DNA of 64,000 nt from a virus (IMGVR_UViG_3300029288_005816:26755-90754), one strand, 5' to 3'. Positions 27,667 through 36,330 are shown, counted from the stretch's first letter. The notes: generated from the sequence alone by a model not told the origin. Program-made: numbers and translations.

Positions 27667-28677
27667 TTAAATTTGACAATCATAAATACTTAACATGGTA
27701 TCATCTGGAATTTCATCAAGTAAATTTTTAAATTCTTTATTCCAATCTTTGGGTTCTTTTTCATTAGATACAAATTTCCACCAGCCCATTTCCCCTTTTT
27801 CATACCATTTTCCGTCTTTTACTACAGCAAAAGTAGAGATAGACGCATGCTTATCTAAAAAAACTTCTCTTCCATCTAATTTTTCTTCTATATAACTATG
27901 ATAAGACTTATTTTGATTCTTTTCTGAATTTTTCTTAAGTTCTTCATATAAATTAATAGCTTCTTCTAATTTTTCTTCATACATTGCATCAAAATCAATG
28001 TTCATTTTAAAAGCCCTATCAGCTGTTCCAGACTTTGCAGAATGTATAATAAAACATTGTGTTCTAAGCATCCCTGGCTTTAATTTAAAATATCCAGAAT
28101 AACTTCCTCCTAAATTGGCACAATTCCATTTTGCATTTTTATTTAAATAATATCCAAATCTGCCATTTTTTTCTTCATATCCTTCATATTTTTTTGCATA
28201 TTCCTCAAATGTTCTATATTTATTTTTAAGTGGGATTTGTTTAGGACATGCTATTCTTTTGATTCTAATTTTGCCTTCAAAACAAACATTCTTATCTGGA
28301 TGTGTTGTTTCTATAATTGATAAAACTTTAAACCAGTAATATCCTTTTATTTCTTTTTTAATGCCTGGAATATAATAATATCCTCTATAACATCCATTTT
28401 TTTTATAATATGAGCCAAGACTTAATCTTTTAATGTCTTGGTCAAACTCATTTCCAATTTTAGTATTTGAAAGTTTTTTATAAAATTCTTTCGTTATTTC
28501 CATTCCTGATTCATTATAAGAGGAACACCAAAATTCTCTAATTTTTTTTGTTTTATAATCTTTTACCGCTTCTTCAGTTTTATCAATGAATTGTATATAT
28601 TTTTTATTCTTTTCATCATATGGTGCAAGTTGCTCTTCAGGATTTTTTCCTATCACTAAAACACTAAAATTTGACAT
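27667..28677 (-). CDS. Hypothetical phage protein
   Basis: 336 aa ORF, FSVLVIG.NPEEQLAPYDE...YDCQI. Confidence 0.7.
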   Translation of the reverse strand: MSNFSVLVIGKNPEEQLAPYDEKNKKYIQFIDKTEEAVKDYKTKKIREFWCSSYNESGMEITKEFYKKLSNTKIGNEFDQDIKRLSLGSYYKKNGCYRGYYYIPGIKKEIKGYYWFKVLSIIETTHPDKNVCFEGKIRIKRIACPKQIPLKNKYRTFEEYAKKYEGYEEKNGRFGYYLNKNAKWNCANLGGSYSGYFKLKPGMLRTQCFIIHSAKSGTADRAFKMNIDFDAMYEEKLEEAINLYEELKKNSEKNQNKSYHSYIEEKLDGREVFLDKHASISTFAVVKDGKWYEKGEMGWWKFVSNEKEPKDWNKEFKNLLDEIPDDTMLSIYDCQI

Positions 28678-28701
28678 ACTAATTAATTTAAATTTCTAAC
28701 T

Positions 28702-28729
28702 AATACGATAAAAAAAACAAAAAGTTTCA
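28702..28729 (-). promoter_or_regulatory. WAAC-N16-CGTA promoter motif copy
   Basis: TGAAAC-16nt-CGTATT. Confidence 0.65.
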
Positions 28730-28828
28730 AAAATAAATATAAATTTTATAAAATAAAAATAGTTTTACAAAACTATTAATTTTTTTTGAAAAAACAAAAT
28801 TTCTTCATATTTATATAAAAATGAAGAA

Positions 28829-28984
28829 ATGAAAAACGAATATTTAACTAAAATAAAAGTAAATTATTCTATTAGTAAAAATGTTATAGAAGAGTTTAAT
28901 AAAGTTGCAAAAGAAAATGCAATAAACAAATCAGGATTAATAGAGTTATTCATAAAAGAATGGACTCAAAATAATAAAAAATAA
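28829..28984 (+). CDS. Small ribbon-helix-helix protein
   Basis: Not in the ORF track; MKNEYLTKIKVNYSISKNVIEEFNKVAKENAINKSGLIELFIKEW... (51 aa); stop is 1 nt before the nuclease ATG. Confidence 0.7.
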   Translation: MKNEYLTKIKVNYSISKNVIEEFNKVAKENAINKSGLIELFIKEWTQNNKK

Positions 28985-28985
28985 T

Positions 28986-30137
28986 ATGGAAAAATTAACA
29001 ACAAAAGAGTTTATTGAAAAAGCTCAAAAAATTCATGGAGATAAATTTGATTACTCATTGGTTAAATATGTAAACAACAAAATAAAAGTAAAAATTATTT
29101 GCAAAGAGCACGGAGAGTTTGAACAACAACCGTCAACTCATTTACTGGGTCGTAGCGGATGTAAAAAATGCCATATAAATTCAATACGTAGCAATACGGA
29201 AGAATTTATACAAAAAGCGAAAGATATTCATGGAGATAAGTGTGATTATTCATTGGTCGAATATGTTGGTAGCAAAGTAAAAGTAAAAATAATTTGTAAA
29301 GAACACGGGATATTTGAGCAAACTCCAGTCATGCACATGGCAGGACAAAATTGCCCCAAATGTTCAATAGCTGCTAAATTTACTCAAAAGAAATTCGTAG
29401 AAAAAGCAAAAGCCATTCACGGAGATAAATATGATTATTCAGAAACTATATATAATGGAGCAGAACATAGTGTAAAAATATTTTGTAAAAAATGTAATAA
29501 TACTTTTGTACAGGTCGCATCTTCCCATATGAAAGGATGGGGATGTAATGAATGTTCAAAAAAAGCCCACACATTATCTGTAGAAGAATTTATTAACAGA
29601 GCCATTAAAAAACATGGTGATAAATATGATTATTCGAGTGTTAACTATAAAAGAATGGATGTTAAAGTTGATATTTTTTGTAAAAAATGCAAAAAATATT
29701 TTCAACAAACTCCGCACAATCATATGTTTTATGGATGTAAGAATTGCTCTTCTTCCGACGAGTCAAAAGGAGAAAAAGAAATAAAAAATTTTTTGGAAAA
29801 ATTAAACATTTCATTTATACAACAAAAAATGTTTGATGATTGTAAAAATATAAATAAATTGCCCTTTGATTTCTACTTACCACATTTTAACACGTGTATA
29901 GAATTTGATGGAAAGCAACACTTTAAACCCATTGGACATTGGGGCGGTGAAGATGGGTTAAAATCTATACAAAAAAGAGATAAAATAAAAACAGAATATT
30001 GTAAATTAAACAATATTCCACTTATTAGGATTTCTTATAAAGATAATATTGAATATATTTTAAATAAGACGCTTCAAAATTTCGGCTGTCATCCTGGCGT
30101 CATCGACTCCACGATGCATAACACCATCAAATTCTAA
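28986..30137 (+). CDS. Free-standing endonuclease: DUF723-type repeats + Vsr/DUF559-like nuclease
   Basis: Repeats HGDKYDYS...KVKIICKEHG; PFDFYL...IEFDGKQHF; paralog of 12091-13209. Confidence 0.82.
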   Translation: MEKLTTKEFIEKAQKIHGDKFDYSLVKYVNNKIKVKIICKEHGEFEQQPSTHLLGRSGCKKCHINSIRSNTEEFIQKAKDIHGDKCDYSLVEYVGSKVKVKIICKEHGIFEQTPVMHMAGQNCPKCSIAAKFTQKKFVEKAKAIHGDKYDYSETIYNGAEHSVKIFCKKCNNTFVQVASSHMKGWGCNECSKKAHTLSVEEFINRAIKKHGDKYDYSSVNYKRMDVKVDIFCKKCKKYFQQTPHNHMFYGCKNCSSSDESKGEKEIKNFLEKLNISFIQQKMFDDCKNINKLPFDFYLPHFNTCIEFDGKQHFKPIGHWGGEDGLKSIQKRDKIKTEYCKLNNIPLIRISYKDNIEYILNKTLQNFGCHPGVIDSTMHNTIKF

Positions 30138-30608
30138 ACCCAACTGCTTAAGTGCATTTGATACACTTGTAGATGTCTTTTCTCCTCTTTTAAAAGCATA
30201 CCATTCTTTAAGGTTAAAATGTGTTTTTCCAAAGGGATATTTTATTTTTTTTTCATAACATTCTGATTCTAAAATAATTCTATCATAGTCTCCCCAACTA
30301 AACCACATGCGTCGGTCACTTTGATACTCATCGACCAAAATTTTGCATGCCTTCTTAAAAGATATTCCTTCTTTATCTACTAATTCTTGGGTGATGGTAG
30401 TTAACTTTGTGCAAAACGGACTTATTTCGGAAAACTGCGGTTTAATAATTATGCTTCTTGACCCTATTGTTTCTTTTGAAAAATAGTCGACTTGTGCGAT
30501 ACCGATTTCAATTATTTCTTTTGACATTCCTACTGGAATTGGCGACATCCAACAGCAAGCCTCGACATCAATTACTAAAACGAAAGTGTTAATTTTTTCT
30601 TTTCTCAT
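30060..30608 (-). CDS. DEDDh 3'-5' exonuclease (KapD/ERI1-like)
   Basis: VIDVEA, EIIEIG, SWGDYD, HRGVDDA. Confidence 0.88.
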   Translation of the reverse strand: MRKEKINTFVLVIDVEACCWMSPIPVGMSKEIIEIGIAQVDYFSKETIGSRSIIIKPQFSEISPFCTKLTTITQELVDKEGISFKKACKILVDEYQSDRRMWFSWGDYDRIILESECYEKKIKYPFGKTHFNLKEWYAFKRGEKTSTSVSNALKQLGLEFDGVMHRGVDDARMTAEILKRLI

Positions 30609-31182
30609 AAACTTTTATATATTTTGGAGGTACTTCATCTGTAAGATAAACATTGTTATCTGTCTTATAAAATTTATATCCCTCATTGCACATTTGTTTT
30701 GCTTCTATCACCAATACTACTGATTCAACACCTTTTTGGTGTCTTGACCCTGTGTCTTTTGCTTTATTCATATTTTCTTCTGAATATAAATGAACATGAT
30801 GTCTATTCATTTTTTTAAGCCCTTCTTTCATAATAGAAGGCATAAATCTTGGAGCTGTGCCATGATATAATTTAAATGGAGGAATAATAGCTGATAATTG
30901 CAAATCCACTTCTATTGAGTGCCCCTGATTTGCTTTTATAAGCTTTTTATCATCACTAAATTTAAATCTTTGTTTATCAGAAGTTTTTACAACTTCTTCT
31001 AAATCTTCAAATGTGAATTCTATTTTGTTTTGAGATTTTTTTATAAGTAAATCTACATCTGCCCATCCATTTTTATCCAATATTATTCCAATAGAAGATG
31101 GATTGTGCCGCAACACATAAGATAAGTGTTTGCTAATTTTTGTTATTTTTTCTTTATAAATCATAATGGCAAAAATACACAA
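30589..31182 (-). CDS. kptA: RNA 2'-phosphotransferase (Tpt1/KptA)
   Basis: SKHLSYVLRH, DKQRF, ANQGHS, LYHGT, RHHVHL; likely start 31164. Confidence 0.93.
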   Translation of the reverse strand: MCIFAIMIYKEKITKISKHLSYVLRHNPSSIGIILDKNGWADVDLLIKKSQNKIEFTFEDLEEVVKTSDKQRFKFSDDKKLIKANQGHSIEVDLQLSAIIPPFKLYHGTAPRFMPSIMKEGLKKMNRHHVHLYSEENMNKAKDTGSRHQKGVESVVLVIEAKQMCNEGYKFYKTDNNVYLTDEVPPKYIKVYEKRKN

Positions 31183-31204
31183 AAATTATTAAATAAAAAA
31201 ATTT

Positions 31205-31432
31205 TTAAGATATAAAATGATTATATAAGCCAATCGGATTTTGATTTGGTGCCAAACCAGAAACTTGCCCAGTTGCATCTTTTTTAGTATTCTTAATAAT
31301 AGAACAGTCAATATTAATATCTTCAGAAATACTCTCTCCATTAATAGAAATTTGTTTATTCTTTAGTCTAGCTTTGATATCCTGGCTAAATAATCCTTGT
31401 TGTTTTAATATTTCTGATAATTTTATTAACAT
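31205..31432 (-). CDS. Small hypothetical protein, weak S4-like N-terminus
   Basis: 75 aa ORF. Confidence 0.45.
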   Translation of the reverse strand: MLIKLSEILKQQGLFSQDIKARLKNKQISINGESISEDINIDCSIIKNTKKDATGQVSGLAPNQNPIGLYNHFIS

Positions 31433-31447
31433 ATATCTTGGTTTAAT

Positions 31448-31633
31448 TTAAAATGGTAACATTTCTTTTTTATAAAAAGTCAATTGTTTCATTTTATTTA
31501 AAGTAATAAATTTTTTATTCATCCAATAACCTTTTGTGTAATTTAAAATAGTTAATTTAATTTGCCTACCAAATTTAGAATATAATTTTTTATTTTCGAA
31601 ATAATACCCTTGAAACTCTTTTATAAAAACCAT
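31448..31633 (-). CDS. Small hypothetical protein
   Basis: 61 aa ORF. Confidence 0.5.
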   Translation of the reverse strand: MVFIKEFQGYYFENKKLYSKFGRQIKLTILNYTKGYWMNKKFITLNKMKQLTFYKKEMLPF

Positions 31634-31710
31634 ATTCTATACTTTAAAATTATGATAATTAACACAATAAGATATAGACTAAAGTGCGATTATCCACGAG
31701 TTATGTGCCA

Positions 31711-31965
31711 TTAACCGATAACATCGTGAATTGACGGCACTCTTGGTAATAGCTTCCGCATCAATGAGAAAAAACTTCTGTATTCCTCAATCTGCTTTTC
31801 CTGTTGTTGAAGTTTGCTTTCCAAATCAACTATGTGTTTGTGTGCCAAAAACCATTCATTCAATTTACCACTTTCGTCTTTTGAAGTAATGTGTTTTTTT
31901 AATTCAGCATACTTGTCGGCACACTCTTTTTTCCCCATTGCTGCTCCGTGGTCATAATAAGCCAT
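31711..31965 (-). CDS. Cassette-borne hypothetical protein
   Basis: 84 aa; flanked by GTTATGTGCCGTTAA and TTAATGGCACATAAC. Confidence 0.65.
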   Translation of the reverse strand: MAYYDHGAAMGKKECADKYAELKKHITSKDESGKLNEWFLAHKHIVDLESKLQQQEKQIEEYRSFFSLMRKLLPRVPSIHDVIG

Positions 31966-31985
31966 ATCTTTCTAAGTTTAACGGC

Positions 31986-32082
31986 ACATAACAAGGTATA
32001 TATGTTATACGCCAATGAAGTGTCGTACTTAATTTTAAAACTTTATGGTCAGGCGTACAACACATATACCCAACCGTTATAG
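31986..32082 (-). repeat. attC-like site
   Basis: CTATAAC-GGTT-GGGTATATGTG...CATATATACC-TT-GTTATGT. Confidence 0.75.
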
Positions 32083-32099
32083 GTAATAAAATTTACTAC

Positions 32100-32324
32100 C
32101 TACATTCCAATACTTTCATCATATTTAAAGCTAATCAATATAATCGGTAAAAAAACAATTATTATTACCGTCCAAAAAATTAACAATATACCCATCATCC
32201 CACCAATGAAATATTTACCAAATAACGTAAATTCCATTTCATCAATGAACTCAAAAAACATACTTTTCCAATAATGTTTGATAATGTTCCAACTTCGTAA
32301 TAATTGTTTTTTTATAAATTTCAT
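32100..32324 (-). CDS. Cassette-borne small membrane protein
   Basis: 74 aa with one TM segment. Confidence 0.6.
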   Translation of the reverse strand: MKFIKKQLLRSWNIIKHYWKSMFFEFIDEMEFTLFGKYFIGGMMGILLIFWTVIIIVFLPIILISFKYDESIGM

Positions 32325-32344
32325 AACCCGTAAATTTTACATAC

Positions 32345-32440
32345 CTATAACAAAGTGTATAAGTAATGTGGCTAAATTAATTTATCTATAAGTTGAAAGT
32401 ATGTGCAAAGCCACACTACTCATACACTCAACCGTTAGTA
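32345..32440 (-). repeat. attC-like site
   Basis: TACTAAC-GGTT-GAGTGTATGAGTAGTGTGGCT...AGCCACATTACTTATACACTT-T-GTTATAG. Confidence 0.78.
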
Positions 32441-32446
32441 GTAATT

Positions 32447-32653
32447 TTATTTACAATCAAATTTACTATCAAACCACTTATTAAAGTCCTCATATACGCT
32501 ATTTTCGCCATCCTCACCATAATCAGCGCCTAATTGAACTCCTGCTGAAAATGCTCTTTGCAAATCATCCTTAGTAAAACTACTACTAACATCAGATATA
32601 TTCAATTTTTTATCTGAGTCATCAACTCCTATGTTTTTATTTACATCTTTCAT
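32447..32653 (-). CDS. Cassette-borne hypothetical protein, starts inside the upstream attC-like loop
   Basis: 68 aa; LNISDVSSS is encoded across the GTTAGTA box. Confidence 0.6.
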   Translation of the reverse strand: MKDVNKNIGVDDSDKKLNISDVSSSFTKDDLQRAFSAGVQLGADYGEDGENSVYEDFNKWFDSKFDCK

Positions 32654-32710
32654 TTTATTTAATTTTTGTGTTATTAATTAAGAAAACTGAATATATCTGT
32701 AACCGTTATA
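32584..32710 (-). repeat. attC-like site containing a gene start
   Basis: TATAAC-GGTTA-CAGATATATTCAGTTTT...AAAATTGAATATATCTG-AT-GTTAGTA (17-bp arm). Confidence 0.78.
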
Positions 32711-32726
32711 AAACATTAAAACGATT

Positions 32727-32860
32727 TTATAACAAAGTATATAAATAATGGTGATGTGGAGTCGAACCACCTACTCGAAGTCTCACCTGAAATTTAGGAC
32801 TCGAACCTACTACTCGAAGTCTCACCGAACCACCACTATTCATATACTCAACCGTTATAA
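32727..32860 (-). repeat. attC-like site with internal 26-bp direct repeats
   Basis: TATAAC-GGTT-GAGTATATGAATAGTGGTG...CACCATTATTTATATACTT-T-GTTATAA; repeats at 32762-32787 and 32801-32826. Confidence 0.78.
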
Positions 32861-33169
32861 TCAAAACTTCCTCCAGTCTAAATATTGTAGCTTTATCTCA
32901 TTTGAGAAAAATTTAATGTCATTATCATAATCTTTTCGATTTCTTGAATCCCAAATTAAAACACCACCAGTTATAATAATACCATTTACCATTAATCTAT
33001 CTCCCTTAACAATTTCAATCTGTAAGCCATTAAATTTTTCTCTTAAACGAGTTCGTATTTCCAATTGATATTCCGTCAATTTATCCGTACTGATTATAAC
33101 ATCAGATATAACCAATTTAGGTTTCTGTGATTTAATCAAGTTAAGTTTTTCTAATAATCTTTTTATCAT
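32861..33169 (-). CDS. Cassette-borne hypothetical protein, starts inside the attC-like loop
   Basis: 102 aa; LVISDVII crosses the GTTATAATCA box. Confidence 0.62.
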   Translation of the reverse strand: MIKRLLEKLNLIKSQKPKLVISDVIISTDKLTEYQLEIRTRLREKFNGLQIEIVKGDRLMVNGIIITGGVLIWDSRNRKDYDNDIKFFSNEIKLQYLDWRKF

Positions 33170-33225
33170 ATTTTAAGTTTTTGTATTTCAATTCCTAAAC
33201 TGGTTATATCTGAGAACCGTTAGCA
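33094..33225 (-). repeat. attC-like site containing a gene start
   Basis: GCTAAC-GGTTCT-CAGATATAACCAGTTTAGG...CCTAAATTGGTTATATCTG-AT-GTTATAA (19-bp arm). Confidence 0.78.
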
Positions 33226-33459
33226 ACAATGTTTTATGACCATAACACTTCCATATAAACCAACCGCCTCAGTAAGCATACTTTTAAAAAGCCTACATTC
33301 GTTGCTATTATAGCCTTTTTTTGCTACATAATTATCTAGTTTTTGTTGAAAGTCATCAGGCAATTGACTTTTTAAAAATTCCTGTGCATCTTTCCAAAAA
33401 TCAACACTGTTGCTAACATCACGTATAGCACATTGCTGTTTGTTCTTCGTATTTTTCAT
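33220..33459 (-). CDS. Cassette-borne hypothetical protein, starts inside the attC-like loop
   Basis: 79 aa; CAIRDVSNS crosses the GTTAGCA box. Confidence 0.6.
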   Translation of the reverse strand: MKNTKNKQQCAIRDVSNSVDFWKDAQEFLKSQLPDDFQQKLDNYVAKKGYNSNECRLFKSMLTEAVGLYGSVMVIKHCC

Positions 33460-33535
33460 CGTAAATAATTTTTAAGTTTGTAATTCTAATTAAGTTATAC
33501 ATAAACAACGTTCCATACACGCAGCCATTATAGGT
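33411..33535 (-). repeat. Degenerate attC-like site containing a gene start
   Basis: CTATAAT-GGCT-GCGTGTATGG...CTATACGTG-AT-GTTAGCA. Confidence 0.6.
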
Positions 33536-33543
33536 AATAAAAT

Positions 33544-33735
33544 TTACTTGCCATAAATCTTTGTTAAACCTTCTTGTTCTCTTTTAGATTTACATTTATC
33601 ACAATATTTCATCGTCCAAGCAGTTCCCTTGCTTTGAATAAGCCATTCACTTGTTGCTTTTTTTCCACAATTACATTTTCCGTGCATCATATCCGTAAAT
33701 TTTACATACCTATTACGACCAACCGTTATAAACAA
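33544..33735 (-). CDS. Cassette-borne small Cys-containing protein
   Basis: CNCG...YCDKC; true start probably the internal MMHGK. Confidence 0.55.
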   Translation of the reverse strand: MFITVGRNRYVKFTDMMHGKCNCGKKATSEWLIQSKGTAWTMKYCDKCKSKREQEGLTKIYGK

Positions 33736-33998
33736 GTTTGTTTAATTCTTTCAATTTCACTTTTCATCATTTGTTGTGGCGTATGATATTTTTCACAAAT
33801 TTCACATTGCCAAGTGCCAGACCCAACAAAAGCAACTGGAATACCACAGCAAATTCCAGCGAAAAAATCTAATTTATCATTCGTGTCACAAACCTGGTTT
33901 ATAATACCAAATAAACTCAATAAAAAGTTTTGTGCTTCTATTTCAGTTATACAACCTTGTTCAAGGTCTTTTGCTATTTTTAATATTTGTTCTTTCAT
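33726..33998 (-). CDS. Cassette-borne hypothetical protein, starts inside the attC-like loop
   Basis: 90 aa, CC...CEIC. Confidence 0.6.
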   Translation of the reverse strand: MKEQILKIAKDLEQGCITEIEAQNFLLSLFGIINQVCDTNDKLDFFAGICCGIPVAFVGSGTWQCEICEKYHTPQQMMKSEIERIKQTCL

Positions 33999-34031
33999 AT
34001 CTTTTACTGTGTTTATTTGTAACTATTAGAC
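33898..34031 (-). repeat. Degenerate attC-like site containing a gene start
   Basis: GTCTAAT-AGTT-ACAAATAAACACAGTAAAAG...CTTTTTATTGAGTTTATTTG-GT-ATTATAA. Confidence 0.6.
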
Positions 34032-34040
34032 ACAATACTA

Positions 34041-34223
34041 CTATACTTTTTTATAGATTGAGTTAAAATCCCTATCAGAAATGAATTGTCTTTTGCCTCT
34101 GTATAAGTAAAATATCAAATCAGTTCCTCTTTGTTTATTAGTTCCCTTTTTTATGTTATATTCATTTCCTGTTTGGATATTTTTATATCTTCCAAATTCT
34201 CTGATGTTACTAAGTTTTTCCAT
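34041..34223 (-). CDS. Small hypothetical protein
   Basis: 60 aa ORF. Confidence 0.55.
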   Translation of the reverse strand: MEKLSNIREFGRYKNIQTGNEYNIKKGTNKQRGTDLIFYLYRGKRQFISDRDFNSIYKKV

Positions 34224-34265
34224 AATTTACAGTATTGCGCCAATTAATATAAATATCAAAAATGC

Positions 34266-34442
34266 TTATAATACACTTTTTTTAAATTTATACATTTCAT
34301 GGTTATGAAATTCATATTCCATTCTTTTATAGTCTTTAAATAAACTTTTTACTTCTCTTACTTCTAAACACTTGAATTTCCTAATACAATTTCCATAATA
34401 GTAAAATTGCCCTATTTCTAAATCATTTATAGTTAAACCCAT
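34266..34442 (-). CDS. Small hypothetical protein
   Basis: Not in the ORF track; MGLTINDLEIGQFYYYG... 58 aa, fills the gap. Confidence 0.5.
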   Translation of the reverse strand: MGLTINDLEIGQFYYYGNCIRKFKCLEVREVKSLFKDYKRMEYEFHNHEMYKFKKSVL

Positions 34443-34474
34443 ATATTTAAGTATTTTAAAATTTTCTAGTATAA

Positions 34475-34756
34475 TTATAGCATTACTTTATATACCAACA
34501 TTGTGTCTGAAAAATGAGACCTGTTTCCATCTATTAGCCTGAAAGCATTTTCAAAGACGCCTTCCCACTCTGTTGGAATTGGTTCTGTCTTTTTAAAAAC
34601 ATAAGCTCCCTTACGAAATCCTCCATGTCCACTATCATCTCCATCTATTGGAAAATCTACAAAATGTTCGTATACTTTTAATTCTCCGAACGTTAATGGC
34701 TTCGACATTGTAGTTCTAGCCAGCACATTTTTATTGGACTCTTTATTTTTTTTCAT
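34475..34756 (-). CDS. Hypothetical protein
   Basis: 93 aa ORF. Confidence 0.6.
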   Translation of the reverse strand: MKKNKESNKNVLARTTMSKPLTFGELKVYEHFVDFPIDGDDSGHGGFRKGAYVFKKTEPIPTEWEGVFENAFRLIDGNRSHFSDTMLVYKVML

Positions 34757-34779
34757 TGTTATATTTTATAATAATTTTA

Positions 34780-34965
34780 TTAAATATATCGTACAATTTT
34801 ATCTTTTTCTCCATTAAGAGCATTTTTGGCATATTCTTCAGCTTGTACAACCATCCTGTCCATGCAAGTTTTTTTATCTTCGCATCCATATGTGTTTGAG
34901 ACCAGCCTTAATGCTTCTTTTATGGATTCAAGTTGAAATTTATAAATAGTTATTTTTTCCATCAT
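34780..34965 (-). CDS. Small hypothetical protein
   Basis: 61 aa ORF. Confidence 0.55.
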   Translation of the reverse strand: MMEKITIYKFQLESIKEALRLVSNTYGCEDKKTCMDRMVVQAEEYAKNALNGEKDKIVRYI

Positions 34966-34973
34966 TATTTATT

Positions 34974-35291
34974 TTATGCAAGCAATTCAAAATCGTACAT
35001 GACCCCATTTCCAACGTATGACAAACAAACATAATCATTATCATTCCAGATGTCAATTTCATATCTCAACTCTTCATCATTCCAATCAAATGACCCAATT
35101 AATTCTTTGTGTTCATGAAGTTCTCTCATAAATTTAAATTTGAAACGTTGCCCTTCCTTTATTGACTTTCCATTTTTGTCTTCCCTTACAATGGTAAGTT
35201 GTTCTATTTTTGTCTCTAAATCATTAATTGTTTCAGTGCATTCGATGTATTTTCCACCGATTTTTGCATATACTTTACCTTTGTATTCCAT
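34974..35291 (-). CDS. Hypothetical protein
   Basis: 105 aa ORF. Confidence 0.6.
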   Translation of the reverse strand: MEYKGKVYAKIGGKYIECTETINDLETKIEQLTIVREDKNGKSIKEGQRFKFKFMRELHEHKELIGSFDWNDEELRYEIDIWNDNDYVCLSYVGNGVMYDFELLA

Positions 35292-35316
35292 TTTATTGTG
35301 TAAATTTTTATTTAAT

Positions 35317-35344
35317 TATACGTATTTTTTGGCTATTTGTTACA
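35317..35344 (-). promoter_or_regulatory. WAAC-N16-CGTA promoter motif copy
   Basis: TGTAAC-16nt-CGTATA; heads the small-gene/cassette run. Confidence 0.7.
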
Positions 35345-35554
35345 AATTGCATATGTGTTTAAAAACCATTTTGGGTTATTTATTACTTCCTCTTTTGTAA
35401 AATTATACATTTTTAATTTACCTTCAATGACTTCTTCATCAGTCATTGAGTAATAAAAATTGCCATTAATATCTTCTTTAAATATTCTGCCTTTAGGACA
35501 ATTTGGTAACTTCTTTATTAATATTAATTTTCTTTGTTTTTCCATATATTTCAA
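35333..35554 (-). CDS. Small hypothetical protein
   Basis: 73 aa ORF. Confidence 0.55.
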   Translation of the reverse strand: MKYMEKQRKLILIKKLPNCPKGRIFKEDINGNFYYSMTDEEVIEGKLKMYNFTKEEVINNPKWFLNTYAICNK

Positions 35555-35577
35555 AATAAAGTTTATATTACATATTT

Positions 35578-35605
35578 TATACGAAAAATATAAAAAAAAG
35601 TTAAT
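35578..35605 (-). promoter_or_regulatory. WAAC-N16-CGTA promoter motif copy
   Basis: ATTAAC-16nt-CGTATA. Confidence 0.6.
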
Positions 35606-35626
35606 ATTTATAGTAAAGATATTCCC

Positions 35627-35908
35627 ATGAAAAAATTTTTAGAAATAATTAAAAAATATAAAGAAAGAAACTGCAAAACGTTTTTTGGAACTGCATTGCA
35701 AATGCTGATTTTCCACCATATAACCAGATTAATATTCTTTATGATTTTAGCAATAACAGGTGCCTTGGGTATTCAATATGGTGATAGTAGTGCAGTAATA
35801 TGGAATATTCTATTTTATTCTGGATTAATATATTTAGCCATATTTGCTCTATTCGTAATTATTTTCGTTTGCATAATAAATCCAATAAGAAGTTTAAAAG
35901 AAAAATGA
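35627..35908 (+). CDS. Membrane protein
   Basis: 93 aa, two TM segments. Confidence 0.6.
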   Translation: MKKFLEIIKKYKERNCKTFFGTALQMLIFHHITRLIFFMILAITGALGIQYGDSSAVIWNILFYSGLIYLAIFALFVIIFVCIINPIRSLKEK

Positions 35909-36330
35909 TAACTTGTATTATTATTGCCATTTTATTAATAATCGCAGCTATAAGTGATGCTGTAATGGATGTAATATCTTTTAAATTCTATCAGTCAGTA
36001 TTCTCTAAATTTAAAAAACATGAAAATTGGTTTAATCCTTTAATAAGTTGGAAAAATAAATACAAAAATTGTGACCCATCAAAAGGTCCAGCATTCTTAG
36101 GAAGCACAACAGTCTTTTCATGGTTAACAGATGCCTGGCATTTTTTTCAAATGATTATGCTATCATGTTTTAATATTGCCATAGTACTTGGAATAAATTA
36201 TATCTTTTTCTTAAATTACACAATTTGGAGCCTATTTATTATAGATATAATTATGTTTATAATTATAAAATTTTTATATGGATTAATATTTGAAATATTT
36301 TGGAAAAAGATTTTTATAAAAAAGAAATAA
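35905..36330 (+). CDS. Membrane protein
   Basis: Likely start MITCII at 35905 (ATGA overlap); TM-rich. Confidence 0.65.
   Translation: MITCIIIAILLIIAAISDAVMDVISFKFYQSVFSKFKKHENWFNPLISWKNKYKNCDPSKGPAFLGSTTVFSWLTDAWHFFQMIMLSCFNIAIVLGINYIFFLNYTIWSLFIIDIIMFIIIKFLYGLIFEIFWKKIFIKKK

Larger units (their letters stand above)
31657..34031 (-). mobile_element. Array of integron attC-like hairpins separating single-gene cassettes (CALIN-like; no integrase in window)
   Basis: Repeated TAAC-GGTT-arm...arm-(A/T)T-GTTA inverted structures; each cassette's two ends are mutually complementary. Confidence 0.72.

Noticed and set aside
31657-34031. CRISPR array interpretation of the repeated elements
   Set aside because: Units are long imperfect palindromes of differing sequence separated by whole ORFs, not identical repeats with 30-40 nt spacers; no cas genes are present
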